A DNA stretch of 64,000 nt from Eledone cirrhosa (lineage: Eukaryota), in the NCBI GenBank assembly GCA_964016885.1, contig OZ024742.1, positions 165,044,001 through 165,108,000 on the forward strand. Reading direction: 5' to 3'. Shown here piece after piece: positions 13,201-27,300 of the stretch (position 1 is the first letter of the stretch; every line of letters begins with the position of its first letter). Position numbers and translations under genes: made by a program. Under the pieces are notes generated by a model. That model was not told the DNA's origin. It ran no database searches and worked only from the letters and a program-made list of their open reading frames with translations.

Positions 13201-16200
13201 TTTATCTCCCCTTGGACGGCTAGAAATTACCTCTCCTTGGAAGGCTGGAAAATATGTCCTTGGACGGCTGGATATTATCTACCCTTGGACGGCTGGAAAT
13301 TATCTCCCCTTGGACGGCTGGAAATTATCTCCCCTTGGACGGCTAGATATTACCTCCCCTTGGACGGCTGAAAATTATCTCCCCTTGGACGGCTGGAAAT
13401 TATCTCCCCTTGATTTTTTTTTACAAATTATCTCCCAATGATTATTTTTTACAAATTATCCCCTGATTTTTTTTTTACAAATTATCTCCCCCCGATTTTT
13501 TTTACAAATTATCTCCCCCTGATTTTTTTACAAATTATCTCCCCTTGGCTGGCTGGAAATTATCTCCCATTGGAGGCTGGAATTTATCTCCCCTTGGACG
13601 GTTAGAAATTACCTCCCCTTGGACAGCTGAAAATTATCTCCCCTTGGACGGCTGGAAATTATCTCCCCTTGATTTTTTTTACAAATTATCTCCCCCTGAT
13701 TTTTTTTTACAAATTATCTCCCCCTGATTTTTTTTTACAAATTATCTCCCCCTGATTTTTTTTTACAAATTATCTCCCCCTGATATTTTTTACAAATTAT
13801 CTCCCCCTGATTTTTTTACAAATTATCTCCCCTTGGCTGGCTGGAAATTATCTCCCCTTGGAGGCTGGAATTTATCTCCCCTTGGACGGCTAGAACTTAC
13901 CTCGCCTTGGACGGCTGGAAAATATGTCTCCTTGGACGGCTGGAAATTATCTCCCCTTGGACGGCTGGAAATTATCTCCCCTTGGACAGCTGGAAATTAT
14001 CTCCCCTTGGACGGCTAGATATTACCTCCCCTTGGACGGCTGGAAATTATCTCCCCTTGATTTTTTTTACAAATTATCTCCCCCTGATTTTTTTTTACAA
14101 ATTATCTCCCCCTGATTTTTTTTTACGAATTATCTCCCCCCGATTTTTTTTTACAAATTATCTCCGCCTGATTTTTTTTTAAAAATTATCTCCCCTTGAA
14201 CGGCTGGAAATTATCTCCCCTTGGACGGCTGGAAATTATCTCCCCTTGGACGGCTAGAAATTACCTCTCCTTGGACGGCTGAAAATTATCTCCCCTTGGA
14301 CGGCTGCAAATTATCTCCCCTTGATTTTTTAACAAATTATCTCCCCCTGATTTTTTTTTACAAATTATCTCCCCCTGATTTTTTTTTACAAATTATCTCC
14401 CCCTGATTTTTTTTTACAAATTATCTCCCCCTGATTTTTTTACAAATTATCTCCCCCTGATTTTTTTTACAATCTCCGCCTGATTTTTTAAAAAATTATC
14501 TTCCCTTGGCTGGCGGGAAATTATCTCCCCTTGGACGGCTGGAAATTATCTCCCCTTGATTTTTTTACAAATTATCTCCCCCTGATTTTTTTTACAAATT
14601 ATCTCCCCCTGATTTTATGTTACAAATTATCTCCCCCTGATTTTTTTACAAATTATCTCCCCCTGATTTTTTTTACAAATTATCTCCGCCTGATTTTTTT
14701 AAATATTATCTTCCCTTGGCTGGCGGGAAATTATCTCCCCTTGGACGGCTGGAAATTATCTCCCCTTGATTTTTTTTACAAATTATCTCCCCCTGATTTT
14801 TTTTTACAAATTATCTCCCCCTGATTTTTTTTTACAAATTATCTCCCCCTGATTTTTTTTTACAAATTATCTCCCCCTGATTTTTTTTTACAAATCTCCC
14901 CCTGATTTTTTTATAAATTATCTCCCCTTGGCTGGCTGGAAATTATCTCCCCTTGGAGGCTGGAATTTATCTCCCCTTGGACGGCTAGAAATTACCTCTC
15001 CTTGGATGGCTGGAAAATATGTCTCCTTGGACGGCTGGATATTATCTACCCTTGGACGGCTGGAAATTATCTCCCCTTGGACGGCTGGAAATTATCTCCC
15101 CTTGGACGGCTAGATATTACCTCCCATTGGACGGCTGGAAATTATCTCCCCTTGATTTTTTTTACAAATTATCTCCCCCTGATTTTTTTTTACGAATTAT
15201 CTCCCCCTGATTTTTTTTTACAAATTATCTCCGCCTGATTTTTTTTTTAAAATTATCTCCCCTTGAACGGCTGGAAATTATCTCCCCTTGGACGGCTGGA
15301 AATTATCTCCCCTTGGACGGCTAGAAATTACCTCTCCTTGGACTGCTGAAAATTATCTCCCCTTGGACGGCTGCAAATTATCTCCCCTTGATTTTTTTAA
15401 CAAATTATCTCCCCCTGATTTTTTTTTACAAATTATCTCCCCCTGATTTTTTTTTACAAATTATCTACGCCTAATTTTTTTTACAAATTATCTCCCCCTG
15501 ATTTTTTTTTACAAATTATCTCCCCCTGATTTTTTTTACAAATTATCTCCCCCTGATTTTTTTTACAAATTATCTCCCCCTGATTTTTTTACAAATTATC
15601 TCCCCCCTGATTTTTTTTACAATCTCCGCCTGATTTTTTTAAAAATTATCTTCCCTTGGCTGGCGGGAAATTATCTCCCCTTGGACGGCTGGAAATTATA
15701 TCCCCTTGGAAGGATGGAAATTATCTCCCCTTGGACGGCTGGAAATTATCTCCCCTTGGACGGCTGGAAATTACCTCCCCTTGGACAGCTGGAAATTATC
15801 TGCCCTTGATTTTGTTTTTACAAATTATCTCCCCCTGATTTTTTTTACAAATTATCTCCACCTGATTTTTTAAAAAATTATCTCCCCTTGGACGGCTGGA
15901 AATTATCTCCCCTTGGACGGCTGGAAATTATCTCCCCTTGATTTTTTTTACAAATTATCTCCCCCTGATTTTTTTTTACAAATTATCTCCCCCTGATTTT
16001 TTTTACAAATTATCTCCCCCTGATTTTTTTTTACAAATTATTTCCCCCTGATTTTTTTACAAATTATCTCCCCCCTGATTTTTTTTACAATCTCCGCCTG
16101 ATTTTTTTAAAAATTATCTTCCCTTGGCTGGCGGGAAATTATCTCCCCTTGGACGGCTGGAAATTATATCCCCTTGGAAGGATGGAAATTATCTCCCCTT

Positions 16201-18360
16201 GGACGGCTGGAAATTATCTCCCCTTGGACGGCTGGAAATTATCTCCCCTTGGACAGCTGGAAATTATCTGCCCTTGATTTTGTTTTTACAAATTATCTCC
16301 CCCTGATTTTTTTTACAAATTATCTCCACCTGATTTTTTAAAAAATTATCTCCCCTTGGACGGCTGGAAATTATCTCCCCTTGATTTTTTTTACAAATTA
16401 TCTCCCCCTGATTTTTTTTTACAAATTATCTCCCCCTGATTTTTTTTACAAATTATCTCCCCCTGATTTTTTTTTACAAATTATCTCACCCTGATTTTTT
16501 TTACAAATTATCTCTCCCTGATTTTTTTACAAATTATCTCCCCTTGGCTGGCTGGAAATTATCTCCCCTTGGAGGCTGGAATTTATCTCCCCTTGGACGG
16601 CTAGAAATTACCTCTCCTTGGACGGCTGGAAAATATGTCTCCTTGGACGGCTGGATATTATCTACCCTTGGACGGCTGGAAATTATCTCCCCTTGGACGG
16701 CTGGAAATTATCTCCTCTTGGACGGCTAGATATTACCTCCCCTTGGACGGCTGGAAATTATCTCCCCTTGATTTTTTTACAAATTATCTCCCCCTGATTT
16801 TTTTACAAATTATCTCCCCCTGATTTTTTTTACAAATTATCTCCGCCTAATTTTTTTAAATATTATCTTCCCTTGGCTGGCGGGAAATTATCTCCCCTTG
16901 GACGGCTGAAAATTATCTCCCCTTGGACGGCTGGAAATTATCTCCCCTTGATTTTTTTTACAAATTATCTCCCCCTGATTTTTTTTTAAAAATTATCTCC
17001 CCCTGATTTTTTTTACAAATTATCTCCTCCTGATTTTTTTACAAATTATCTCCCCTTGGCTGGCTGGAAATTATCTCCCCTTGGAGGCTGGAATTTATCT
17101 CCCCTTGGACGGCTAGAAATTACCTCTCCTTGGAAGGCTGGAAAATATGTCCTTGGACGGCTGGATATTATCTACCCTTGGACGGCTGGAAATTATCTCC
17201 CCTTGGACGGCTGGAAATTATCTCCCCTTGGACGGCTAGATATTACCTCCCCTTGGACGGCTGAAAATTATCTCCCCTTGGACGGCTGGAAATTATCTCC
17301 CCTTGATTTTTTTTACAAATTATCTCCCCCTGATTATTTTTTACAAATTATCCCCTGATTTTTTTTTTACAAATTATCTCCCCCTGATTTTTTTTACAAA
17401 TTATCTCCCCCTGATTTTTTTACAAATTATCTCCCCTTGGCTGGCTGGAAATTATCTCCCATTGGAGGCTGGAATTTATCTCCCCTTGGACGGTTAGAAA
17501 TTACCTCCCCTTGGACGGCTGGAAAATATGTCTCCTTGGACGGCTGGAAATTATCGCCCCTTGGACGGCTGGAAATTATCTCCCCTTGGACGGCTGGAAA
17601 TTATCTCTCATCGGACGGCTAGAAATTACCTCTCCTTGGACAGCTGAAAATTATCTCCCCTTGGACGGCTGGAAATTATCTCCCCTTGATTTTTTTTACA
17701 AATTATCTCCCCCTGATTTTTTTTTACAAATTATCTCCCCCTGATTTTTTTTTACAAATTATCTCCCCCTGATTTTTTTTTACAAATTATCTCCCCCTGA
17801 TTTTTTTACAAATTATCTCCCCTTGGCTGGCTGGAAATTATCTCCCCTTGGAGGCTGGAATTTATCTCCCCTTGGACGGCTAGAAATTACCTCGCCTTGG
17901 ACGGCTGGAAAATATGTCTCCTTGGACGGCTGGAAATTATCTCCCCTTGGACGGCTGGAAATTATCTCCCCTTGGACAGCTGGAAATTATCTCCCCTTGG
18001 ACGGCTAGATATTACCTCCCCTTGGACGGCTGGAAATTATCTCCCCTTGATTTTTTTTACAAATTATCTCCCCCTGATTTTTTTTTACAAATTATCTCCC
18101 CCTGATTTTTTTTTACGAATTATCTCCCCCCGATTTTTTTTTACAAATTATCTCCGCCTGATTTTTTTTTTAAAATTATCTTCCCTTGAACGGCTGGAAA
18201 TTATCTCCCCTTGGACGGCTGGAAATTATCTCCCCTTGGACGGCTAGAAATTACCTCTCCTTGGACGGCTGAAAATTATCTCCCCTTGGACGGCTGCAAA
18301 TTATCTCCCCTTGATTTTTTAACAAATTATCTCCCCCTGATTTTTTTTTACAAATTATCT

Positions 18361-19920
18361 CCCCCTGATTTTTTTTTACAAATTATCTCCCCCTGATTTT
18401 TTTTTACAAATTATCTCCCCCTGATTTTTTTACAAATTATCTCCCCCTGATTTTTTTTACAATCTCCGCCTGATTTTTTAAAAAATTATCTTCCCTTGGC
18501 TGGCGGGAAATTATCTCCCCTTGGACGGCTGGAAATTATCTCCCCTTGGACGGCTGGAAATTATCTCCCCTTGGACAGCTGGAAATTATCTGCCCTTGAT
18601 TTTGTTTTTACAAATTATCTCCCCCTGATTTTTTTTACAAATTATCTCCACCTGATTTTTTAAAAAATTATCTCCCCTTGGACGGCTGGAAATTATCTCC
18701 CCTTGATTTTTTTACAAATTATCTCCCCCTGATTTTTTTTACAAATTATCTCCCCCTGATTTTATGTTACAAATTATCTCCCCCTGATTTTTTTTTACAA
18801 ATTATCTCCCCCTGATTTTTTTTTACAAATTATCTCCCCCTGATTTTTTTTTACAAATTATCTCACCCTGATTTTTTTTACAAATTATCTCTCCCTGATT
18901 TTTTTACAAATTATCTCCCCTTGGCTGGCTGGAAATTATCTCCCCTTGGAGGCTGGAATTTATCTCCCCTTGGACGGCTAGAAATTACCTCTCCTTGGAC
19001 GGCTGGAAAATATGTCTCCTTGGACGGCTGGATATTATCTACCCTTGGACGGCTGGAAATTATCTCCCCTTGGACGGCTGGAAATTATCTCCTCTTGGAC
19101 GGCTAGATATTACCTCCCCTTGGACGGCTGGAAATTATCTCCCCCTGATTTTTTTTTACAAATTATCTCCCCCTGATTTTTTTTTACAAATTATCTCCCC
19201 CTGATTTTTTTACAAATTATCTCCCCCTGATTTTTTTTACAATCTCCGCCTGATTTTTTAAAAAATTATCTTCCCTTGGCTGGCGGGAAATTATCTCCCC
19301 TTGGACGGCTGGAAATTATCTCCCCTTGGACGGCTGGAAATTATCTCCCCTTGGACAGCTGGAAATTATCTGCCCTTGATTTTGTTTTTACAAATTATCT
19401 CCCCCTGATTTTTTTTACAAATTATCTCCACCTGATTTTTTAAAAAATTATCTCCCCTTGGACGGCTGGAAATTATCTCCCCTTGATTTTTTTACAAATT
19501 ATCTCCCCCTGATTTTTTTTACAAATTATCTCCCCCTGATTTTATGTTACAAATTATCTCCCCCTGATTTTTTTTTACAAATTATCTCCCCCTGATTTTT
19601 TTTTACAAATTATCTCCCCCTGATTTTTTTTTACAAATTATCTCACCCTGATTTTTTTTACAAATTATCTCTCCCTGATTTTTTTACAAATTATCTCCCC
19701 TTGGCTGGCTGGAAATTATCTCCCCTTGGAGGCTGGAATTTATCTCCCCTTGGACGGCTAGAAATTACCTCTCCTTGGACGGCTGGAAAATATGTCTCCT
19801 TGGACGGCTGGATATTATCTACCCTTGGACGGCTGGAAATTATCTCCCCTTGGACGGCTGGAAATTATCTCCTCTTGGACGGCTAGATATTACCTCCCCT
19901 TGGACGGCTGGAAATTATCT
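18361..19920 (+). repeat. Tandem duplication, 2 x 780 bp (inherited at 48144-49703)
   Basis: The lines starting at 18361 and 19141 read identically for 780 bp. ORF pairs 18921/19701 and 48704/49484. Confidence 0.93.
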
Positions 19921-22900
19921 CCCCTTGATTTTTTTACAAACTATCTCCCCCTGATTTTTTTACAAATTATCTCCCCCTGATTTTTTTTACAAATTATCTC
20001 CGCCTAATTTTTTTAAATATTATCTCCCCTTGGACGGCTGGAAATTATCTCCCCTTGGACGGCTGGAAATTATCTCCCCTTGGACAGCTGGAAATTATCT
20101 GCCCTTGATTTTGTTTTTACAAATTATCTCCCCCTGATTTTTTTTACAAATTATCTCCACCTGATTTTTTAAAAAATTATCTCCCCTTGGACGGCTGGAA
20201 ATTATCTCCCCTTGATTTTTTTACAAATTATCTCCCCCTGATTTTTTTTACAAATTATCTCCCCCTGATTTTATGTTACAAATTATCTCCCCCTGATTTT
20301 TTTTTACAAATTATCTCCCCCTGATTTTTTTTTACAAATTATCTCCCCCTGATTTTTTTTTACAAATTATCTCACCCTGATTTTTTTTACAAATTATCTC
20401 TCCCTGATTTTTTTACAAATTATCTCCCCTTGGCTGGCTGGAAATTATCTCCCCTTGGAGGCTGGAAATTATCTCCCCTTGGACAGCTGGAAATTATCTG
20501 CCCTTGATTTTGTTTTTACAAATTATCTCCCCCTGATTTTTTAAAAAATTATCTTCCCTTGGCTGGCGGGAAATTATCTCCCCTTGGACGGCTGGAAATT
20601 ATCTCCCCTTGGACGGCTGGAAATTATCTCCCCTTGGACAGCTGGAAATTATCTGCCCTTGATTTTGTTTTTACAAATTATCTCCCCCTGATTTTTTTTA
20701 CAAATTATCTCCACCTGATTTTTTAAAAAATTATCTCCCCTTGGACGGCTGGAAATTATCTCCCCTTGATTTTTTTACAAATTATCTCCCCCTGATTTTT
20801 TTTACAAATTATCTCCCCCTGATTTTATGTTACAAATTATCTCCCCCTGATTTTTTTTTACAAATTATCTCCCCCTGATTTTATGTTACAAATTATCTCC
20901 CCCTGATTTTTTTACAAATTATCTCCCCCTGATTTTTTTTACAAATTATCTCCGCCTGATTTTTTTAAATATTATCTTCCCTTGGCTGGCGGGAAATTAT
21001 CTCCCCTTGGACGGCTGGAAATTATCTCCCCTTGATTTTTTTTACAAATTATCTCCCCCTGATTTTTTTTTACAAATTATCTCCCCCTGATTTTTTTTTA
21101 CAAATTATCTCCCCCTGATTTTTTTTTACAAATTATCTCCCCCTGATTTTTTTTTACAAATCTCCCCCTGATTTTTTTATAAATTATCTCCCCTTGGCTG
21201 GCTGGAAATTATCTCCCCTTGGAGGCTGGAATTTATCTCCCCTTGGACGGCTAGAAATTACCTCTCCTTGGATGGCTGGAAAATATGTCTCCTTGGACGG
21301 CTGGATATTATCTACCCTTGGACGGCTGGAAATTATCTCCCCTTGGACGGCTGGAAATTATCTCCCCTTGGACGGCTAGATATTACCTCCCATTGGACGG
21401 CTGGAAATTATCTCCCCTTGATTTTTTTACAAATTATCTCCCCCTGATTTTTTTTTACGAATTATCTCCCCCTGATTTTTTTTTACAAATTATCTCCGCC
21501 TGATTTTTTTTTAAAAATTATCTCCCCTTGAACGGCTGGAAATTATCTCCCCTTGGACGGCTGGAAATTATCTCCCCTTGGACGGCTAGAAATTACCTCT
21601 CCTTGGACGGCTGAAAATTATCTCCCCTTGGACGGCTGCAAATTATCTCCTCTTGATTTTTTTAACAAATTATCTCCCCCTGATTTTTTTTTACAAATTA
21701 TCTCCCCCTGATTTTTTTTACAAATTATCTACGCCTAATTTTTTTTACAAATTATCTCCCCCTGATTTTTTTTTACAAATTATCTCCCCCTGATTTTTTT
21801 TACAAATTATCTCCCCTTGGCTGGCTGGAAATTATCTCCCCTTGGAGGCTGGAATTTATCTCCCCTTGGACGGTTAGAAATTACCTCTCCTTGGACTGCT
21901 GGAAAATATGTCTCCTTGGACGGCTGGAAATTATCTCCCCTTGGACGGCTGGAAATTATCTCCCCTTGGACGGCTGGAAATTATCTCTCCTCGGACGACT
22001 AGAAATTACCTCTCCTTGGACAGCTGAAAATTATCTCCCCCTGATATTTTTTACAAATTATCTCCCCCTGATTTTTTTACAAATTATCTCCCCTTGGCTG
22101 GCTGGAAATTATCTACCCTTGGAGGCTGGAATTTATCTCCCCTTGGACGGCTAGAAATTACCTCGCCTTGGACGGCTGGAAAATATGTCTCCTTGGACGG
22201 CTGGAAATTATCTCCCCTTGGACGGCTGGAAATTATCTCCCCTTGGACGGCTGGAAATTATCTCCCCTTGGACGGCTAGATATTACCTCCCCTTGGACGG
22301 CTGGAAATTATCTCCCCTTGATTTTTTTTACAAATTATCTCCCCCTGATTTTTTTTTACAAATTATCTCCCCCTGATTTTTTTTTACGAAGTATCTCCCC
22401 CTGATTTTTTTTTACAAATTATCTCCGCCTGATTTTTTTTTTAAAATTATCTCCCCTTGAACGGCTGGAAATTATCTCCCCTTGGACGGCTGGAAATTAT
22501 CTCCCCTTGGACGGCTAGAAATTACCTCTCCTTGGACGGCTGAAAATTATCTCCCATTGGACGGCTGCAAATTATCTCCCCTTGATTTTTTAACAAATTA
22601 TCTCCCCCTGATTTTTTTTTACAAATTATCTCCCCCTGATTTTTTTTTACAAATTATCTACGCCTAATTTTTTTTACAAATTATCTCCCCCTGATTTTTT
22701 TTTACAAATTATCTCCCCCTGATTTTTTTTACAAATTATCTCCCCCTGATTTTTTTTTACAAATTATTTCCCCCTGATTTTTTTACAAATTATCTCCCCC
22801 CTGATTTTTTTTACAATCTCCGCCTGATTTTTTTAAAAATTATCTTCCCTTGGCTGGCGGGAAATTATCTCCCCTTGGACGGCTGGAAATTATATCCCCT

Positions 22901-24348
22901 TGGAAGGATGGAAATTATCTCCCCTTGGACGGCTGGAAATTATCTCCCCTTGGACGGCTGGAAATTATCTCCCCTTGGACAGCTGGAAATTATCTGTCCT
23001 TGATTTTGTTTTTACAAATTATCTCCCCCTGATTTTTTTTACAAATTATCTCCACCTGATTTTTTAAAAAATTATCTCCCCTTGGACGGCTGGAAATTAT
23101 CTCCCCTTGATTTTTTTTACAAATTATCTCCCCCTGATTTTTTTTTACAAATTATCTCCCCCTGATTTTTTTTTACAAATTATCTCCCCCTGATTTTTTT
23201 TTACAAATTATCTCACCCTGATTTTTTTTACAAATTATCTCTCCCTGATTTTTTTACAAATTATCTCCCCTTGGCTGGCTGGAAATTATCTCCCCTTGGA
23301 GGCTGGAATTTATCTCCCCTTGGACGGCTAGAAATTACCTCTCCTTGGACGGCTGGAAAATATGTCTCCTTGGACGGCTGGATATTATCTACCCGTGGAC
23401 GGCTGGAAATTATCTCCCCTTGGACGGCTGGAAATTATCTCCTCTTGGACGGCTAGATATTACCTCCCCTTGGACGGCTGGAAATTATCTCCCCTTGATT
23501 TTTTTACAAATTATCTCCCCCTGATTTTTTTACAAATTATCTCCCCCTGATTTTTTTTACAAATTATCTCCGCCTAATTTTTTTAAATATTATCTTCCCT
23601 TGGCTGGCGGGAAATTATCTCCCCTTGGACGGCTGAAAATTATCTCCCCTTGGACGGCTGGAAATTATCTCCCCTTGATTTTTTTTACAAATTATCTCCC
23701 CCTGATTTTTTTTTACAAATTATCTCCCCCTGATTTTTTTTACAAATTATCTCCCCCTGATTTTTTTACAAATTATCTCCCCTTGGCTGGCTGGAAATTA
23801 TCTCCCCTTGGTGGCTGGAATTTATCTCCCCTTGGACGGCTAGAAATTACCTCTCCTTGGAAGGCTGGAAAATATGTCCTTGGACGGCTGGATATTATCT
23901 ACCCTTGGACGGCTGGAAATTATCTCCCCTTGGACGGCTGGAAATTATCTCCCCTTGGACGGCTAGATATTACCTCCCATTGGACGGCTGGAAATTATCT
24001 CCCCTTGATTTTTTTTACAAACTATCTCCCCCTGATTTTTTTTTACGAATTATCTCCCCCTGATTTTTTTTTACAAATTATCTCCGCCTGATTTTTTTTT
24101 TAAAATTATCTCCCCTTGAACGGCTGGAAATTATCTCCCCTTGGACGGCTGGAAATTATCTCCCCTTGGACGGCTAGAAATTACCTCTCCTTGGACGGCT
24201 GAAAATTATCTCCCCTTGGACGGCTGCAAATTATCTCCCCTTGATTTTTTTAACAAATTATCTCCCCCTGATTTTTTTTTACAAATTATCTCCCCCTGAT
24301 TTTTTTTTACAAATTATCTACGCCTAATTTTTTTTACAAATTATCTCC

Positions 24349-27300
24349 GCCTAATTTTTTTAAATATTATCTTCCCTTGGCTGGCGGGAAATTATCTCCC
24401 CTTGGACGGCTGAAAATTATCTCCCCTTGGACGGCTGGAATTTATCTCCCCTTGGACGGCTAGAAATTACCTCTCCTTGGAAGGCTGGAAAATATGTCCT
24501 TGGACGGCTGGATATTATCTACCCTTGGACGGCTGGAAATTATCTCCCCTTGGACGGCTGGAAATTATCTCCCCTTGGACGGCTAGATATTACCTCCCCT
24601 TGGACGGCTGAAAATTATCTCCCCTTGGACGGCTGGAAATTATCTCCCCTTGATTTTTTTTACAAATTATCTCCCCCTGATTATTTTTTACAAATTATCC
24701 CCTGATTTTTTTTTTACAAATTATCTCCCCCTGATTTTTTTTACAAATTATCTCCCCCTGATTTTTTTACAAATTATCTCCCCTTGGCTGGCTGGAAATT
24801 ATCTCCCATTGGAGGCTGGAATTTATCTCCCCTTGGACGGTTAGAAATTACCTCCCCTTGGACGGCTGAAAAATATGTCTCCTTGGACGGCTGGAAATTA
24901 TCGCCCCTTGGACGGCTGGAAATTATCTCCCCTTGGACGGCTGGAAATTATCTCTCATCGGACGGCTAGAAATTACTTCTCCTTGGACAGCTGAAAATTA
25001 TCTCCCCTTGGACGGCTGGAAATTATCTCCCCTTGATTTTTTTTACAAATTATCTCCCCCTGATTTTTTTTTACAAATTATCTCCCCCTGATTTTTTTTT
25101 ACAAATTATCTCCCCCTGATTTTTTTTTACAAATTATCTCCCCCTGATATTTTTTACAAATTATCTCCCCCTGATTTTTTTACAAATTATCTCCCCTTGG
25201 CTGGCTGGAAATTATCTCCCCTTGGAGGCTGGAATTTATCTCCCCTTGGACGGCTAGAAATTACCTCGCCTTGGACGGCTGGAAAATATGTCTCCTTGGA
25301 CGGCTGGAAATTATCTCCCCTTGGACGGCTGGAAATTATCTCCCCTTGGACAGCTGGAAATTATCTCCCCTTGGACGGCTAGATATTACCTCCCCTTGGA
25401 CGGCTGGAAATTATCTCCCCTTGATTTTTTTTACAAATTATCTCCCCCTGATTTTTTTTTACAAATTATCTCCCCCTGATTTTTTTTTACGAATTATCTC
25501 CCCCCGATTTTTTTTTACAAATTATCTCCCCTTGAACGGCTGGAAATTATCTCCCCTTGGACGGCTGGAAATTATCTCCCCTTGGACGGCTAGAAATTAC
25601 CTCTCCTTGGACGGCTGAAAATTATCTCCCCTTGGACGGCTGCAAATTATCTCCCCTTGATTTTTTAACAAATTATCTCCCCCTGATTTTTTTTTACAAA
25701 TTATCTCCCCCTGATTTTTTTTTACAAATTATCTCCCCCTGATTTTTTTTTACAAATTATCTCCCCCTGATTTTTTTACAAATTATCTCCCCCTGATTTT
25801 TTTTACAATCTCCGCCTGATTTTTTAAAAAATTATCTTCCCTTGGCTGGCGGGAAATTATCTCCCCTTGGACGGCTGGAAATCATCTCCCCTTGGAGGGC
25901 TGGAAATTATCTCCCCTTGGACAGCTGGAAATTATCTGCCCTTGATTTTGTTTTTACAAATTATCTCCCCCTGATTTTTTTTACAAATTATCTCCACCTG
26001 ATTTTTTAAAAAATTATCTCCCCTTGGACGGCTGGAAATTATCTCCCCTTGATTTTTTTACAAATTATCTCCCCCTGATTTTTTTTACAAATTATCTCCC
26101 CCTGATTTTATGTTACAAATTATCTCCCCCTGATTTTTTTACAAATTATCTCCCCCTGATTTTTTTTACAAATTATCTCCGCCTGATTTTTTTAAATATT
26201 ATCTTCCCTTGGCTGGCGGGAAATTATCTCCCCTTGGACGGCTGGAAATTATCTCCCCTTGATTTTTTTTACAAATTATCTCCCCCTGATTTTTTTTTAC
26301 AAATTATCTCCCCCTGATTTTTTTTTACAAATTATCTCCCCCTGATTTTTTTTACAAATTATCTCCCCCTGATTTTTTTTTACAAATCTCCCCCTGATTT
26401 TTTTATAAATTATCTCCCCTTGGCTGGCTGGAAATTATCTCCCCTTGGAGGCTGGAATTTATCTCCCCTTGGACGGCTAGAAATTACCTCTCCTTGGATG
26501 GCTGGAAAATATGTCTCCTTGGACGGCTGGATATTATCTACCCTTGGACGGCTGGAAATTATCTCCCCTTGGACGGCTGGAAATTATCTCCCCTTGGACG
26601 GCTAGATATTACCTCCCATTGGACGGCTGGAAATTATCTCCCCTTGATTTTTTTTACAAATTATCTCCCCCTGATTTTTTTTTACGAATTATCTCCCCCT
26701 GATTTTTTTTTACAAATTATCTCCGCCTGATTTTTTTTTTTAAATTATCTCCCCTTGAACGGCTGGAAATTATCTCCCCTTGGACGGCTGGAAATTATCT
26801 CCCCTTGGACGGCTAGAAATTACCTCTCCTTGGACGGCTGAAAATTATCTCCCCTTGGACGGCTGCAAATTATCTCCCCTTGATTTTTTTAACAAATTAT
26901 CTCCCCCTGATTTTTTTTTACAAATTATCTCCCCCTGATTTTTTTTACAAATTATCTACGCCTAATTTTTTTTACAAATTATCTTCCCCTGATTTTTTTT
27001 TACAAATTATCTCCCCCTGATTTTTTTTACAAATTATCTCCCCTTGGCTGGCTGGAAATTATCTCCCCTTGGAGGCTGGAATTTATCTCCCCTTGGACGG
27101 TTAGAAATTACCTCTCCTTGGACTGCTGGAAAATATGTCTCCTTGGACGGCTGGAAATTATCTCCCCTTGGACGGCTGGAAATTATCTCCCCTTGGACGG
27201 CTGGAAATTATCTCTCCTCGGACGACTAGAAATTACCTCTCCTTGGACAGCTGAAAATTATCTCCCCTTGGACGGCTGGAAATTATCTCCCCTTGATTTT

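Larger units (their letters stand above)
1..24348 (+). repeat. Copy 1 (5'-truncated by the window edge) of a ~27-30 kb higher-order duplication
   Basis: Identical ORF-track entries recur at +26,660 (384/27044 to 10436/37096), +26,844 (11164/38008 to 14531/41375) and +29,783 (14928/44711 to 23857/53640). The match ends at ~24349/54132. Confidence 0.93.
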
